A DNA stretch of 64,000 bases, taken from Candidatus Saccharimonadales bacterium (GTDB lineage: Bacteria > Patescibacteriota > Saccharimonadia > Saccharimonadales > JAYRRP01). The stretch is taken from assembly GCA_041906765.1 (NCBI GenBank), contig JAYRIP010000004.1, positions 270-64,269 of the forward strand, in the 5' to 3' direction. Made by a program: the position numbers and the translations under genes. Positions 1 through 8,467 of the stretch are shown piece by piece (the first letter of the stretch is position 1; each line of letters opens with the position of its first letter). The notes under the pieces were generated by a model. The model did not search any database. It was not told the origin of the DNA and saw only the letters and a program-made list of their open reading frames with translations.

Positions 1-1002
1 AATCGTCTCACCCACTTTAGTTGTCGTCAGATTTTTACGCCCGATAAAATATTCGGCTGTCTCCGCATTCGCAACAGGCTGCAGTAGTCGTAGATCTGCT
101 ATTTCCAACAGCTCTGGCGGCATGGTTTCCTTCCCAATGCGTGACGCTTCGTAGATAACCTGCACCCCGGATTCCATTACATTAGAAGTACCGATTTTGT
201 TTAGATAGTCCATAAAAAGTCCGGTATTTTCTGTGGCGAGATCGCATTCATTAATATGTACGGTAATCAGCTTGCGCTGGCTATCCTTCTTTTTAAGCGT
301 TCTGTCCACCGCCAGAAAGGCTGCCCTTCTTAAAAGCTCCAACGCGCTGTCATCCTTGATGTTTGTGGATCTCTCAATAACATACGGATTATTTTCTTCA
401 GATGCGTAGTCCACAGCGATTACATCCAAGGCAATAACGCCCCATTCATCGCTGCTGTATTTGTGAGCCATATAGTTCAGGTAGGATTTCATCAGAACGG
501 TTTTGCCCGAACCGGTTTGTCCTGCGAGCAGGATCAGTCCTGCATGTTCCATGTATTCAAAAATATTCTTTGGCTCAGGCTTATCATGCTCGGCTAGGCC
601 TCTAAGCGTAATCAGTTCCCAGACCATCTGATCCTGTTTTTTGTACAAATCAACTTTGACCCATGAATCCGGCACTCCTGCGTCCTCTAGTGCCTTACGC
701 TCGCCATATAAACAGTCATCGTCATACCACAGAAACGGTTTTGTCATATCGATTGCGTCGGTCTTTGCAAGACTCCAGGTTGTGGGCTTGAACTTTTTCA
801 ACCATGGCGATAGATCCTCATCAGAAGCTCTGTGAACGTATTCGACGGCCCACTCCGGATCGCCGTGCATGCAATGAGTTGTCAACCAGTAAACTTCGAA
901 GTTATCCGCCGCGTATCTGATAAAGTCAGCTGCACCCTCCGCCAGGTTGGATTCATTAGCCAGTAACACGCCATCAATATCCAGGTAAAGTGTTGGTTTC
1001 AT
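1..1002 (-). CDS. HAD-like N-terminal domain fused to FtsK/SpoIIIE-type P-loop ATPase (3' end beyond window)
   Basis: Hand translation of the minus strand from ATG 1002..1000 gives MKPTLYLDIDGVLLANE... (DxDGV HAD motif I). Walker A is LLAGQTGSGKT and a Walker-B-like KLITVHINECDLA follows. The frame is open for all 334 codons to position 1. It is absent from the ORF track because no stop lies in the window. Confidence 0.7.
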   Translation of the reverse strand, partial: MKPTLYLDIDGVLLANESNLAEGAADFIRYAADNFEVYWLTTHCMHGDPEWAVEYVHRASDEDLSPWLKKFKPTTWSLAKTDAIDMTKPFLWYDDDCLYGERKALEDAGVPDSWVKVDLYKKQDQMVWELITLRGLAEHDKPEPKNIFEYMEHAGLILLAGQTGSGKTVLMKSYLNYMAHKYSSDEWGVIALDVIAVDYASEENNPYVIERSTNIKDDSALELLRRAAFLAVDRTLKKKDSQRKLITVHINECDLATENTGLFMDYLNKIGTSNVMESGVQVIYEASRIGKETMPPELLEIADLRLLQPVANAETAEYFIGRKNLTTTKVGETI

Positions 1003-1011
1003 TACTGAAGA

Positions 1012-2304
1012 TTATAATGCAGTATCGATTCTTCGGTATATTGTTCTGTCTTTAACGAATAGCGGGATATTCAGTCCTCTTATAAACCCATCCTGTTCGC
1101 TTAAAGTTCCTTGCTTGAGTGTGTAACTTGCAAAGTTGCGGAAGTGATCCCGCTCAGTCAGCTTCAGCCCATGATCTTTGATGAGCTGGCTGGTCATGCG
1201 CTTGTGTTGTTCGATCCGTTTGAACAGCAGCTCACTCGGCTCAACATCATCCAGCTCTCCAGCCTCGATCAAACCCAGTATCTGCTCAATTATCATGTTG
1301 GCAGTAATAGATCTTTCAGGGCAATCCGGATCTTTTGTTGACTTTGTGCAGTGGTAATAAACATGCCTGTTTCTCCCGCCGTCTTTACGTTTCTTATAAT
1401 GTTCTTCAACTGTCAGCCGGGATCCGCATGACCCACAGTAGAACAGATGCTTGAACGGGAATTTCTTTGAGCCCCAGGCTGGCTTGTTATCCGGGACTAA
1501 GGCGGCCATTCTGCCGCGAACTATATTGAATAACTCTTTGGTGACGATTGGCTCATGTTTACCCTGATATAACGGTCCACCGTCCGGATATGCAAAGAAG
1601 CCATAGTAAAACGGATTCGTTAGTATCCGGTAAATCTGACTGAGCGAGAGCTGTGCTCCGGATTTGGTTGTGAATCCTATACTGTCCAGCCAATCTTTTA
1701 TTGTCCGCCCACTTTGGTTTTGCAATCCTGACCGCTCAAACATCTCCCTAACGATTGGCGCACGGTCTGTATCCAGTACTATGTCTTTCACACCCCCGAA
1801 CGACCGGTTAATATAACCGATTGGAGCTGCGCCTGGTCGCCACCCCATCTCGCATTTGGCTCTTATGCCACGTTTTACATTAATACCTCTGTTGTCATTC
1901 TCAAGTTTTGCCTGTGAGCATAGGATCATCAGCAGGAACTTTTCATTCGGGGTGTTACTGAAGTTTTGTGAGAACGTCCGGATTCGCTGCAGTCGGTTCA
2001 TATCCATAAGATCAACCAGCGAACCCAGATCTCCCGCATTACGACTCAGTCGGTCTGGTGCCCATGTCAGAATGCCGTCGTATTCTCCGTTTCGGATATC
2101 ATGCAAGAGCTGATTGAATACCGGCCTGCAGCCTGATTGTTTGGCAGAGAAGCTCTCGCGCTGTATGGTTACCACATTCAGGCCTTCTCGCTCCGCCATA
2201 GCCTGCATCTCTTTAATTTGGGAGTCGATGCTCATAGCCTGTCGCTCATCGCTTTCGGTCGACTTGCGGGCATACAGGCAGTATCTGATTGATTGCTGTT
2301 CCAT
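1012..2304 (-). CDS. Large serine recombinase (resolvase N-domain, recombinase domain, Zn-ribbon)
   Basis: YARKSTESDERQAMSIDSQ is the catalytic-Ser region. It has a long recombinase domain and a CGSCGS...YYHC zinc ribbon. Start chosen at the ATG (MEQQSIRY), whereas the ORF track extends to a GTG at 2364. Lies 9 nt upstream of the FtsK-like gene on the same strand. Confidence 0.88.
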   Translation of the reverse strand: MEQQSIRYCLYARKSTESDERQAMSIDSQIKEMQAMAEREGLNVVTIQRESFSAKQSGCRPVFNQLLHDIRNGEYDGILTWAPDRLSRNAGDLGSLVDLMDMNRLQRIRTFSQNFSNTPNEKFLLMILCSQAKLENDNRGINVKRGIRAKCEMGWRPGAAPIGYINRSFGGVKDIVLDTDRAPIVREMFERSGLQNQSGRTIKDWLDSIGFTTKSGAQLSLSQIYRILTNPFYYGFFAYPDGGPLYQGKHEPIVTKELFNIVRGRMAALVPDNKPAWGSKKFPFKHLFYCGSCGSRLTVEEHYKKRKDGGRNRHVYYHCTKSTKDPDCPERSITANMIIEQILGLIEAGELDDVEPSELLFKRIEQHKRMTSQLIKDHGLKLTERDHFRNFASYTLKQGTLSEQDGFIRGLNIPLFVKDRTIYRRIDTAL

Positions 2305-2452
2305 TGCAAGGAACAAGGTACCGCAAGGGGGTACAAAGTCCAGCAGATAATTAAGAAGTTGCACCCCTATGGAAAATATTGGCTTCTACAGGTAAAATTA
2401 GGAGTGAAAGGTAGCCGAAAGGCTTTGTTTTTATTGACTACACCATTAAGTT

Positions 2453-3367
2453 ATGCCTGATGCAACCCTGAATACACAAACCAACACAGTAGAAGCTTAT
2501 GATATTGCTGCCCCGCGACCAGATTCGCTTATCCAGTCTTTACGCGCGTTTGGCTACGATCTTTCAACTGCAATTGCGGACATAGTTGATAACAGTATCT
2601 CAGCCGGTGCAAAAAACATAGCAATTGATTTCTACTGGGACGGCAAAGATTCATATATAGCTATCTGGGATGATGGCTGCGGCATGACGGAAGACGAACT
2701 GATTAATGCCATGCGGCCAGGCAGCCGCAATCCGCTTGAGGAACGAAGCTCTAAGGATCTTGGACGTTTTGGTCTTGGACTGAAGACGGCATCATTCTCT
2801 CAGTGCAAAAAACTCACGGTCGCCTCCAAGTCTGCTGGTGGCAATTTTTCGGTGCGATGCTGGGATCTGGATTATGTTACACAGCACGGTGAGTGGCGGT
2901 TGTTGAAAAAAGGCTCGCATGTACTCGGTCGACTCTTGGATAAACTGCCGGATACCGACTCCGGAACTCTGGTATTGTTGGAAAATCTTGACCGTCTGAC
3001 AAAAGGCACCAAAGTTGATGACAAGAATGATCATGACAAATTTCTGGAGGATGCCGAAAGAGTTAAAGACCATCTTGCTATGGTCTACCACCGTTATCTC
3101 GAGCGAATCAACGGTCCAAGAATATTTGTTAACTCCAGACAGGTTAAGCCTTGGGATCCTTTCCTTACTTCTGAAACTGCCACCCAGAATCTGACTGAAG
3201 AAGCACACGACATTCTCGGCGGCAGACTCGTAGTCAAACCATACGTTCTACCGCATGTGTCCAAAATCAGCCAAGAGGTTCACGACAGGGCCGCCGGTCC
3301 GAAAGGCTGGAACGCCCAACAGGGCTTTTATGTATATCGCAACTCGAGGTTGCTTGTCGCCGGTTAA
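2453..3367 (+). CDS. MORC-like GHKL (HATPase_c_3) ATPase, apparently 3'-truncated
   Basis: Bergerat-fold motifs are DIVDNSISAGA (N box), DDGCGM (G1) and GRFGLGLKTAS (G2). The ORF stops at ...YVYRNSRLLVAG*, where the sequence runs into the antisense of a methylase fragment. Family members I recall are considerably longer. Confidence 0.7.
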   Translation: MPDATLNTQTNTVEAYDIAAPRPDSLIQSLRAFGYDLSTAIADIVDNSISAGAKNIAIDFYWDGKDSYIAIWDDGCGMTEDELINAMRPGSRNPLEERSSKDLGRFGLGLKTASFSQCKKLTVASKSAGGNFSVRCWDLDYVTQHGEWRLLKKGSHVLGRLLDKLPDTDSGTLVLLENLDRLTKGTKVDDKNDHDKFLEDAERVKDHLAMVYHRYLERINGPRIFVNSRQVKPWDPFLTSETATQNLTEEAHDILGGRLVVKPYVLPHVSKISQEVHDRAAGPKGWNAQQGFYVYRNSRLLVAG

Positions 3368-3448
3368 ACGCTTTACCAGGGCTTCGTCGGTGGCGCTGCC
3401 ACAAGCCAGGCGGTGACTGCCTAAATGCATGATTTGTCCGGCTTTCAT
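3347..3448 (-). pseudogene. N-terminal fragment (about 30 codons) of a second DNA methyltransferase
   Basis: MKAGQIMHLGSHRLACGSATDEALVKRLTGDKQP parallels KPGDMFTLGKHRLICGDAMDPAVIKRLAGDLEP of the intact upstream methylase. Its ATG overlaps that gene's TGA (ATGA at 3445-3448). No DPPY or catalytic domain follows. Confidence 0.6.
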
Positions 3449-4731
3449 AGCTGTACCGCCTTTTCGCCAGTTATGGCTTCCCAGCGATCAATAATGACTT
3501 GGCAGAACACTGGCTCGATTTCGCACAACAGCGCCACCCGCTTCATCTGCTCACAAGCCAGAAGGGTTGATCCGGAGCCTCCGAAACAGTCCAGCACCAC
3601 ATCGCCAATCCTAGTGCAACGCTTCAGCGGCTTTTCGTGCAAGGTCAGTGGTTTCTGCGTCGGGTGCTGATATTCCAATCCAGGTTCACGTTTGGCAAGC
3701 CAGATATCAAAAATATCAATGATATCGTCAATCGCCCGGTTACCCGGTGAGACATCTTTATTGAGAATCTCGGTCAGGTTGTGGATGTCTGACAAATATG
3801 GTGTTCCGCGTGTGGCGTAGACACAGGGCTCAAATGATTTGTTGAAAGCCACATCCGGCACAGGGTTAAAGCCGTTTTTGATCCACAGGCACACCCGGCG
3901 GTTCGTCAGTCCGTATTGCCCCATCAGTGCCTGCACCAGCCCGATATATGTCTGGTCGCAGTACATGAAGACATGGGCGTCCTCAGTCATAACTCCCAGA
4001 ACATTTGTCAGGGCTGCGCCCAGAAATGCGGCATAATCCTCATCCGTTTTGGCATCTTTGGTTTTACCGCCATAACTGGCCTTGTTGCCTACGCCCTTGC
4101 TGTAATCAAGTGAGATGTTATAGGGCGGATCACAGTAAAGCATAACCGGTTCTAGGTCGCCCGCCAGGCGTTTAATGACCGCCGGATCCATAGCGTCGCC
4201 GCAGATAAGCCGGTGCTTACCGAGCGTAAACATATCACCGGGCTTAATGGCGGTATCCCGGGCCTTTTTGATGGCCTTATCCTCGTCGAAGTCATCATCT
4301 TCGATGTCCAGACTGGCATTCCAGATGTCGCCAAGGTCAATGTCATCAAAACCGACCGACAGCAGTTCATCGATATCGAAGTGTTTCAGCAGATCAAGGT
4401 CGAATTCACCGGTGTTGCGGTTTAACCTCAGGTTGAGAGCGCGCTCCCGCTTTTCGTCCAGGCTTATGAACACCACCGGTACGGATGTATAACCCAGCTT
4501 AACCGCAGCCTTCAGGCGCTGATGGCCGCCTATAATTACACCGTGACGTTCAGGGTGCGAATTGACCACCAGGGGCTCCACCATCGAATACTGACGGATG
4601 CTTTCCACCAGCTGCGCGAAGTCCTGATCTGAGATTTTGCGCGGATTATAGACCGCGGGCTTCAGTTCTGAAACCGCTACCTGTTTGACTGTCAAATTTT
4701 TATTTTTGGGTTCCGAAATAGTCCGAGACAT
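3445..4731 (-). CDS. ParB-like nuclease domain fused to N6/N4 DNA methyltransferase
   Basis: N-terminal ParB/Srx-like region (ELKPAVYNPRKI...GGHQRLKAA). Methylase motif IV is CDPPYN and motif I is DCFGGSGST. Start at ATG 4731, preceded by GAGAGGAG 8 nt upstream. The ORF-track start at 4749 lies inside that SD. Confidence 0.88.
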   Translation of the reverse strand: MSRTISEPKNKNLTVKQVAVSELKPAVYNPRKISDQDFAQLVESIRQYSMVEPLVVNSHPERHGVIIGGHQRLKAAVKLGYTSVPVVFISLDEKRERALNLRLNRNTGEFDLDLLKHFDIDELLSVGFDDIDLGDIWNASLDIEDDDFDEDKAIKKARDTAIKPGDMFTLGKHRLICGDAMDPAVIKRLAGDLEPVMLYCDPPYNISLDYSKGVGNKASYGGKTKDAKTDEDYAAFLGAALTNVLGVMTEDAHVFMYCDQTYIGLVQALMGQYGLTNRRVCLWIKNGFNPVPDVAFNKSFEPCVYATRGTPYLSDIHNLTEILNKDVSPGNRAIDDIIDIFDIWLAKREPGLEYQHPTQKPLTLHEKPLKRCTRIGDVVLDCFGGSGSTLLACEQMKRVALLCEIEPVFCQVIIDRWEAITGEKAVQL

Positions 4732-4989
4732 AATTAAAACTCCTCTCATCTCGTTTATGTGGTAGACAGGGGTTCAACTTTTCAATACAAAAAGCGACTC
4801 CGTTTTAACCAGCCTTTATTGGCTTTATTCGGCCTGTACGGCCTTAGGGTCTACTTTGACCCGGTCAATTCGTGAGTCGCCTCGTATGACGTACTTCGTT
4901 ATATCTCGTAGAATTGGTTAGCACTCAGCTAACTACTTTAAAAATACGCCCGCTACGTCAGCAAGTCAATGGAGTGCTACGATTAATAT

Positions 4990-6186
4990 ATGAGCTACGT
5001 GCATCTCAGGGATCGCAAATATTATGAGGATATCTACGACCGTCACACTGTAGAAGACGGTCGGCGTGGCATGGGCCACTACGCCGAATTTTATGACGAA
5101 CTGGAAAAGAAACTTCCAAAAGATGACACCATTGACCGCCCCGGCAATGCAGCTTTGTTAAACATGTTTTGCATGCAGGTTGTGGGCAATGATCTGTTAT
5201 ACCGATACGAAAACCGTGAGCAGTACATAAATGAGCGGATGGCTGAAGACGAAGCCAAAGACAATCAGATTGCTACTGCCAGGCTATCTGAAGAGCCCTA
5301 CTGCCATCATTGCGGTAAACAGGGTTTGCGGATTACCGACAAATCACTGATGCACCGTAAAGAAAACGCCAGGTATGACGATCCTGAAGACGTATTGTTC
5401 ATGCTTCATTGCCCGCACTGCGATAAAAACAGCGCATTTTGGGAAGACGGGACCGCCTGGAAACCGAAACTCACGCTTTGCCCTAGGTGCAAAGCTGAGA
5501 CAACCCGTAAAATTACCACGACCAAAACGGCCATTACCTTTACATACAGCTGCCCATCCTGCGGTTATAGCTATAAGGACAAAATGGATCTAAAAGATAA
5601 AAAGAAGAAGGTGCAGCCCGATCCGGATTACGACAAAGACCGTATCCATTTCTGTCTAATAGATAAAGAATTCCGTGACAAGCTGTACGCCATAAAAGGC
5701 GGTTTCGAGCGCATGGCTGAATTTGGCAAAAAGTACAAGGAAAAGGAAGATAACAAACATATTTACGATGCCGTAGCCGAGCTTAAACAGCCGAAGATCG
5801 CCGAACTCCCGGATCTATTAATACCAGCACTTGAGAAGGCTGGCTATACAGAATTCAGCCTGGATAAACCGGAAATGGGTCGTGACGTGTTCATAGGTTT
5901 TAACTGCCTGGACAGTAAGACTGATCGTGGTGATTACGACAGCAGGAATACGTTGAGAAAGCTGGTCATCAAAGCCCTGAAAGGTACCAACTGGCGTTTG
6001 ACGACTGATGGAATTTCCTACCGCCTTGGCTATCTGAACGGTCGACTGCATGCTTACGAACGCGAAGAGGATCTCAAGAAGCTTGTTATGCAAGAACAGA
6101 AGCTGAAGAACAAATCCAAGGTCAAGGATGATCCCGATAATGCCTGGCGCATGAAAACACCAGACGGAAAGGAGATAATTTATTAA
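4990..6186 (+). CDS. Hypothetical protein with four CxxC pairs (two predicted Zn-ribbons)
   Basis: 398-aa ORF with CHHCGK, CPHCDK, CPRCKA and CPSCGY, and a Lys/Asp/Glu-rich C-terminal half. No family recognised. Confidence 0.6.
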   Translation: MSYVHLRDRKYYEDIYDRHTVEDGRRGMGHYAEFYDELEKKLPKDDTIDRPGNAALLNMFCMQVVGNDLLYRYENREQYINERMAEDEAKDNQIATARLSEEPYCHHCGKQGLRITDKSLMHRKENARYDDPEDVLFMLHCPHCDKNSAFWEDGTAWKPKLTLCPRCKAETTRKITTTKTAITFTYSCPSCGYSYKDKMDLKDKKKKVQPDPDYDKDRIHFCLIDKEFRDKLYAIKGGFERMAEFGKKYKEKEDNKHIYDAVAELKQPKIAELPDLLIPALEKAGYTEFSLDKPEMGRDVFIGFNCLDSKTDRGDYDSRNTLRKLVIKALKGTNWRLTTDGISYRLGYLNGRLHAYEREEDLKKLVMQEQKLKNKSKVKDDPDNAWRMKTPDGKEIIY

Positions 6187-6320
6187 TGATGCCCCGTAAA
6201 AAGATAATACCCAAAGCGAAGTACATTCAGGTTAAAGATGCTGATCAAAAGGCAGTCGATGCCGTATTTGATTATCTTTTTGATAAAGTCTTAGAACAAC
6301 ACAGCAAGACAGCAAAATAG
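6186..6320 (+). CDS. Small hypothetical ORF (44 aa) translationally coupled to the Zn-ribbon gene
   Basis: TAATG overlap at 6184-6188. Sequence MMPRKKIIPKAKYIQVKDADQKAVDAVFDYLFDKVLEQHSKTAK*. Below the ORF-track size cutoff. No homology recognised. Confidence 0.35.
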   Translation: MMPRKKIIPKAKYIQVKDADQKAVDAVFDYLFDKVLEQHSKTAK

Positions 6321-6351
6321 CCCGTCTCTCGCAAGAATGTCACGGGCTATT
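6316..6351. terminator. Perfect 10-bp-stem hairpin between convergent genes (possible terminator or element boundary)
   Basis: AATAGCCCGT-N16-ACGGGCTATT. On the minus strand it is followed by a T-rich run (TTTGCTGTCTTGCTG), downstream of hsp20. Confidence 0.4.
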
Positions 6352-6395
6352 CCAGTGGTCATCATACCATAAACGGTAACCGACTTCTTTGTTTG

Positions 6396-6827
6396 CTATT
6401 TTTTGCTGGCTTTGCTGGAAATAGCTATTTTCTTTGGCGCGGGTAATGGCGTGAGGGGTACGGATACTTTCAGCACTCCTTCATCCAGGTTGGCCTTGAT
6501 ATTGTCGGCATCAGCCCGTTCAGGCAACTGGATGCGGCGGTAGAAGCTGTTGTTGCTTTCCCGCACTACGTACTTCTTGTCCTTGTCTTCCTCTTTTTCA
6601 TGGCGTTCAGCGCTGATGACCAGCGCGCCGTCCTCCACCTGGATATTGACATCATCCTGGACGAAGTTAGGCAGATGCGCTTCAACCACCATTTCGCTAT
6701 TCTTGGTATAAACGTCCGTGGTAGGAATGTTCACACCTTTAAACGGGGATATAAAGTCCTCACCAAAGAACTGTTGTTGTAACGCAGACAGTTCTGCAAA
6801 TGGATCCCAGCGTACTAGTTTGCTCAT
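6396..6827 (-). CDS. hsp20: Small heat-shock protein, Hsp20/alpha-crystallin family
   Basis: 143 aa with an alpha-crystallin domain (DVYTKNSEMVVEAHLPNF...GVLKVSVP). Paralog of 44775..45224. Confidence 0.93.
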   Translation of the reverse strand: MSKLVRWDPFAELSALQQQFFGEDFISPFKGVNIPTTDVYTKNSEMVVEAHLPNFVQDDVNIQVEDGALVISAERHEKEEDKDKKYVVRESNNSFYRRIQLPERADADNIKANLDEGVLKVSVPLTPLPAPKKIAISSKASKK

Positions 6828-6885
6828 ATAAATCTCCTTTCATTAGTATTTTAATGGTTGGAGAAGCATAAAAGCTTCTATACTC

Positions 6886-6923
6886 ATTTTAGGAAATTAG
6901 CACTCTCATGTCAAGAGTGCTAA
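6886..6923 (-). promoter_or_regulatory. CIRCE (HrcA operator) with embedded -35 and downstream -10, upstream of hsp20
   Basis: TTAGCACTC-N9-GAGTGCTAA at 6897-6923 is a perfect consensus. On the minus strand the spacer reads TTGACATGA (-35 TTGACA = 6914..6909), then N17, then TAAAAT (6891..6886). Confidence 0.85.
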
Positions 6924-6995
6924 TTTAGGCTTAATCTATCTCTGTTTGGTAGGATACTACAAACCAAACTAAATACTAAACGACAGAATGTGAAC

Positions 6996-7637
6996 TTAGT
7001 TGAACAAATGCTTCATACGATCTTTGAAGGTCGTCTTACCCTCGTGACTGCCACAGCTAGCAGGGTCCTTTGAGTTGTCGGCCTTTAGGGCATTGTTTTG
7101 AATTGAGGCATATTCCTGGTTTATTTGTTCTTGTGTTTGACTGCCATAATCAACCAGTAGTCTGTCCTGATCGCCGATGATTGTGTTGGTGATATTACCA
7201 ACTTTTTTGCCGTTCAAAATGTAAGTTACTGTGTTCTGGTCACCAGCCTCGTATACGGTGCCCCTGGTGGCAATGTAGTTACCACCGACATTCCAGCCCA
7301 ATACAGTAAAGAAGTTACCCCACGTTACGAGCTTATCTTCAACATGAACAACATCATCAACGTTGCCATGCATATGTGTTCTGGCCATGGGCTTATTTTC
7401 ACTTTGATCGCTTTCCTTTATGGAGCAACTGGTTGCAGCGGTTTCTTCGTAGTAATCCATCGCCTGGAATTTCTCTCTTTGGCCGTTTACATAGACTGCA
7501 AAATTGGCGTGGTAGTGGACCTGCGCTGGTGGTTTGTAGGCGGTGTACCTTATGCCTAGAATGATAAGTGCTCCGAGAATAAGTCCGCCACCAAAGATAA
7601 ACCATTTTGTTTTAAGCAACTGCAAATATTTACGCAT
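6996..7637 (-). CDS. Membrane-anchored hypothetical protein, His-rich (possible metal-binding), divergent from csoR-like gene
   Basis: One N-terminal TM (WFIFGGGLILGALIILGI). His-rich stretches are VHYHANF and RTHMHGNVDDVVHVED, with a C-terminal CGSHEG. Shares the 58-bp operator-containing intergenic region with 7696..7983. Confidence 0.65.
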   Translation of the reverse strand: MRKYLQLLKTKWFIFGGGLILGALIILGIRYTAYKPPAQVHYHANFAVYVNGQREKFQAMDYYEETAATSCSIKESDQSENKPMARTHMHGNVDDVVHVEDKLVTWGNFFTVLGWNVGGNYIATRGTVYEAGDQNTVTYILNGKKVGNITNTIIGDQDRLLVDYGSQTQEQINQEYASIQNNALKADNSKDPASCGSHEGKTTFKDRMKHLFN

Positions 7638-7659
7638 AGATTACCCCTTTTAGTAATTC

Positions 7660-7688
7660 TTTACATAATACCCCCTGGGGGTATATAC
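7660..7688 (+). promoter_or_regulatory. Promoter TTTACA-N17-TATACT overlapped by a CsoR/RcnR-type operator palindrome
   Basis: ATACCCCCTGGGGGTAT (7668-7684) is a 17-bp palindrome around a central T, with G/C tracts flanked by AT-rich inverted repeats. The -35 is at 7660-7665 and the -10 at 7683-7688. The predicted TSS falls on the ATG at 7696, so the transcript would be leaderless. Confidence 0.7.
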
Positions 7689-7695
7689 TGCAAGT

Positions 7696-7983
7696 ATGAT
7701 ATCAGATATTAAACGACGAGCATTGCACCGCAGTAAAATCCTTCAGGGTCAGCTTAAAGGCATTGAAAAGATGATCGACAGCGAAGAATACTGCATGGAT
7801 ATTATTACGCAAACTCTTGCAATCCAAAAATCACTCAGTTCGCTAAATAAGCTGATTCTTGAAAATCACCTGCGTACACATGTTACCGATAACTTGTCCT
7901 CTGCCGACGAGAAGAAGCAGGCAGAAGCCGTAAAAGAGCTGCTTGGTTTGTATGAACTAACACACATACGGGGCAAGCAATAA
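7696..7983 (+). CDS. CsoR/RcnR (DUF156) family metal-sensing transcriptional repressor
   Basis: 95 aa. GQLKGIEKMIDSEEYCMDIITQTLAIQKSL...ENHLRTHV is the typical DUF156 helix pattern. Ligand positions read x-C-H-H. Confidence 0.88.
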   Translation: MISDIKRRALHRSKILQGQLKGIEKMIDSEEYCMDIITQTLAIQKSLSSLNKLILENHLRTHVTDNLSSADEKKQAEAVKELLGLYELTHIRGKQ

Positions 7984-8001
7984 CCAAGTAAAGGAGGGGT
8001 T

Positions 8002-8457
8002 ATGAACAAAGAAAGCATTTTGTACGGTGTAATAGGCTTGTTAGCTGGCGTTATTATCGCTGGCTTCACGGCAAGCTACGCCGTCAACAACAATAACAAC
8101 GGCGTGATGCGTATGATGGGTATGCACAGTAGCTCATCAAGCCAAAACATGATGAGCGATAACGATAACAGCATGACAATGGCTGAAATGTCCAGCAACC
8201 TTAAAGATAAGACAGGTGATGATTTTGATAAAGCCTTCATTGCCGAGATGATTACGCACCACCAGGGAGCGATTGATATGGCTAATCTCGCCAAGCAAAA
8301 CGCCAAGCATGATGAAATAAAGAACCTGGCTGACGCCATTGTTACTGCTCAAACCAAAGAAATTAACGACATGAAATCGTGGCAATTACAGTGGGGCTAT
8401 GGTTCATCAAGCACCGACACTAGCAGCCATGACATGAACGATATGATGGGTCATTAG
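8002..8457 (+). CDS. DUF305 family protein (metal-resistance associated), N-terminal TM
   Basis: DFDKAFIAEMITHHQGAIDMA...HDEIKNLADAIVTAQTKEINDMKSW, with a Met/Ser-rich linker. Confidence 0.85.
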   Translation: MNKESILYGVIGLLAGVIIAGFTASYAVNNNNNGVMRMMGMHSSSSSQNMMSDNDNSMTMAEMSSNLKDKTGDDFDKAFIAEMITHHQGAIDMANLAKQNAKHDEIKNLADAIVTAQTKEINDMKSWQLQWGYGSSSTDTSSHDMNDMMGH

Positions 8458-8467
8458 GGGGCACGCT

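Larger units (their letters stand above)
1..6351. mobile_element. Partial integrative/conjugative-type element (left end outside window, right boundary approximate)
   Basis: Clustered large serine recombinase, FtsK-like ATPase, ParB-methyltransferase, decayed GHKL ATPase and methylase fragments, and orphan ORFs. Housekeeping-type genes resume at hsp20 (6396). I could not identify flanking att repeats. Confidence 0.5.
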
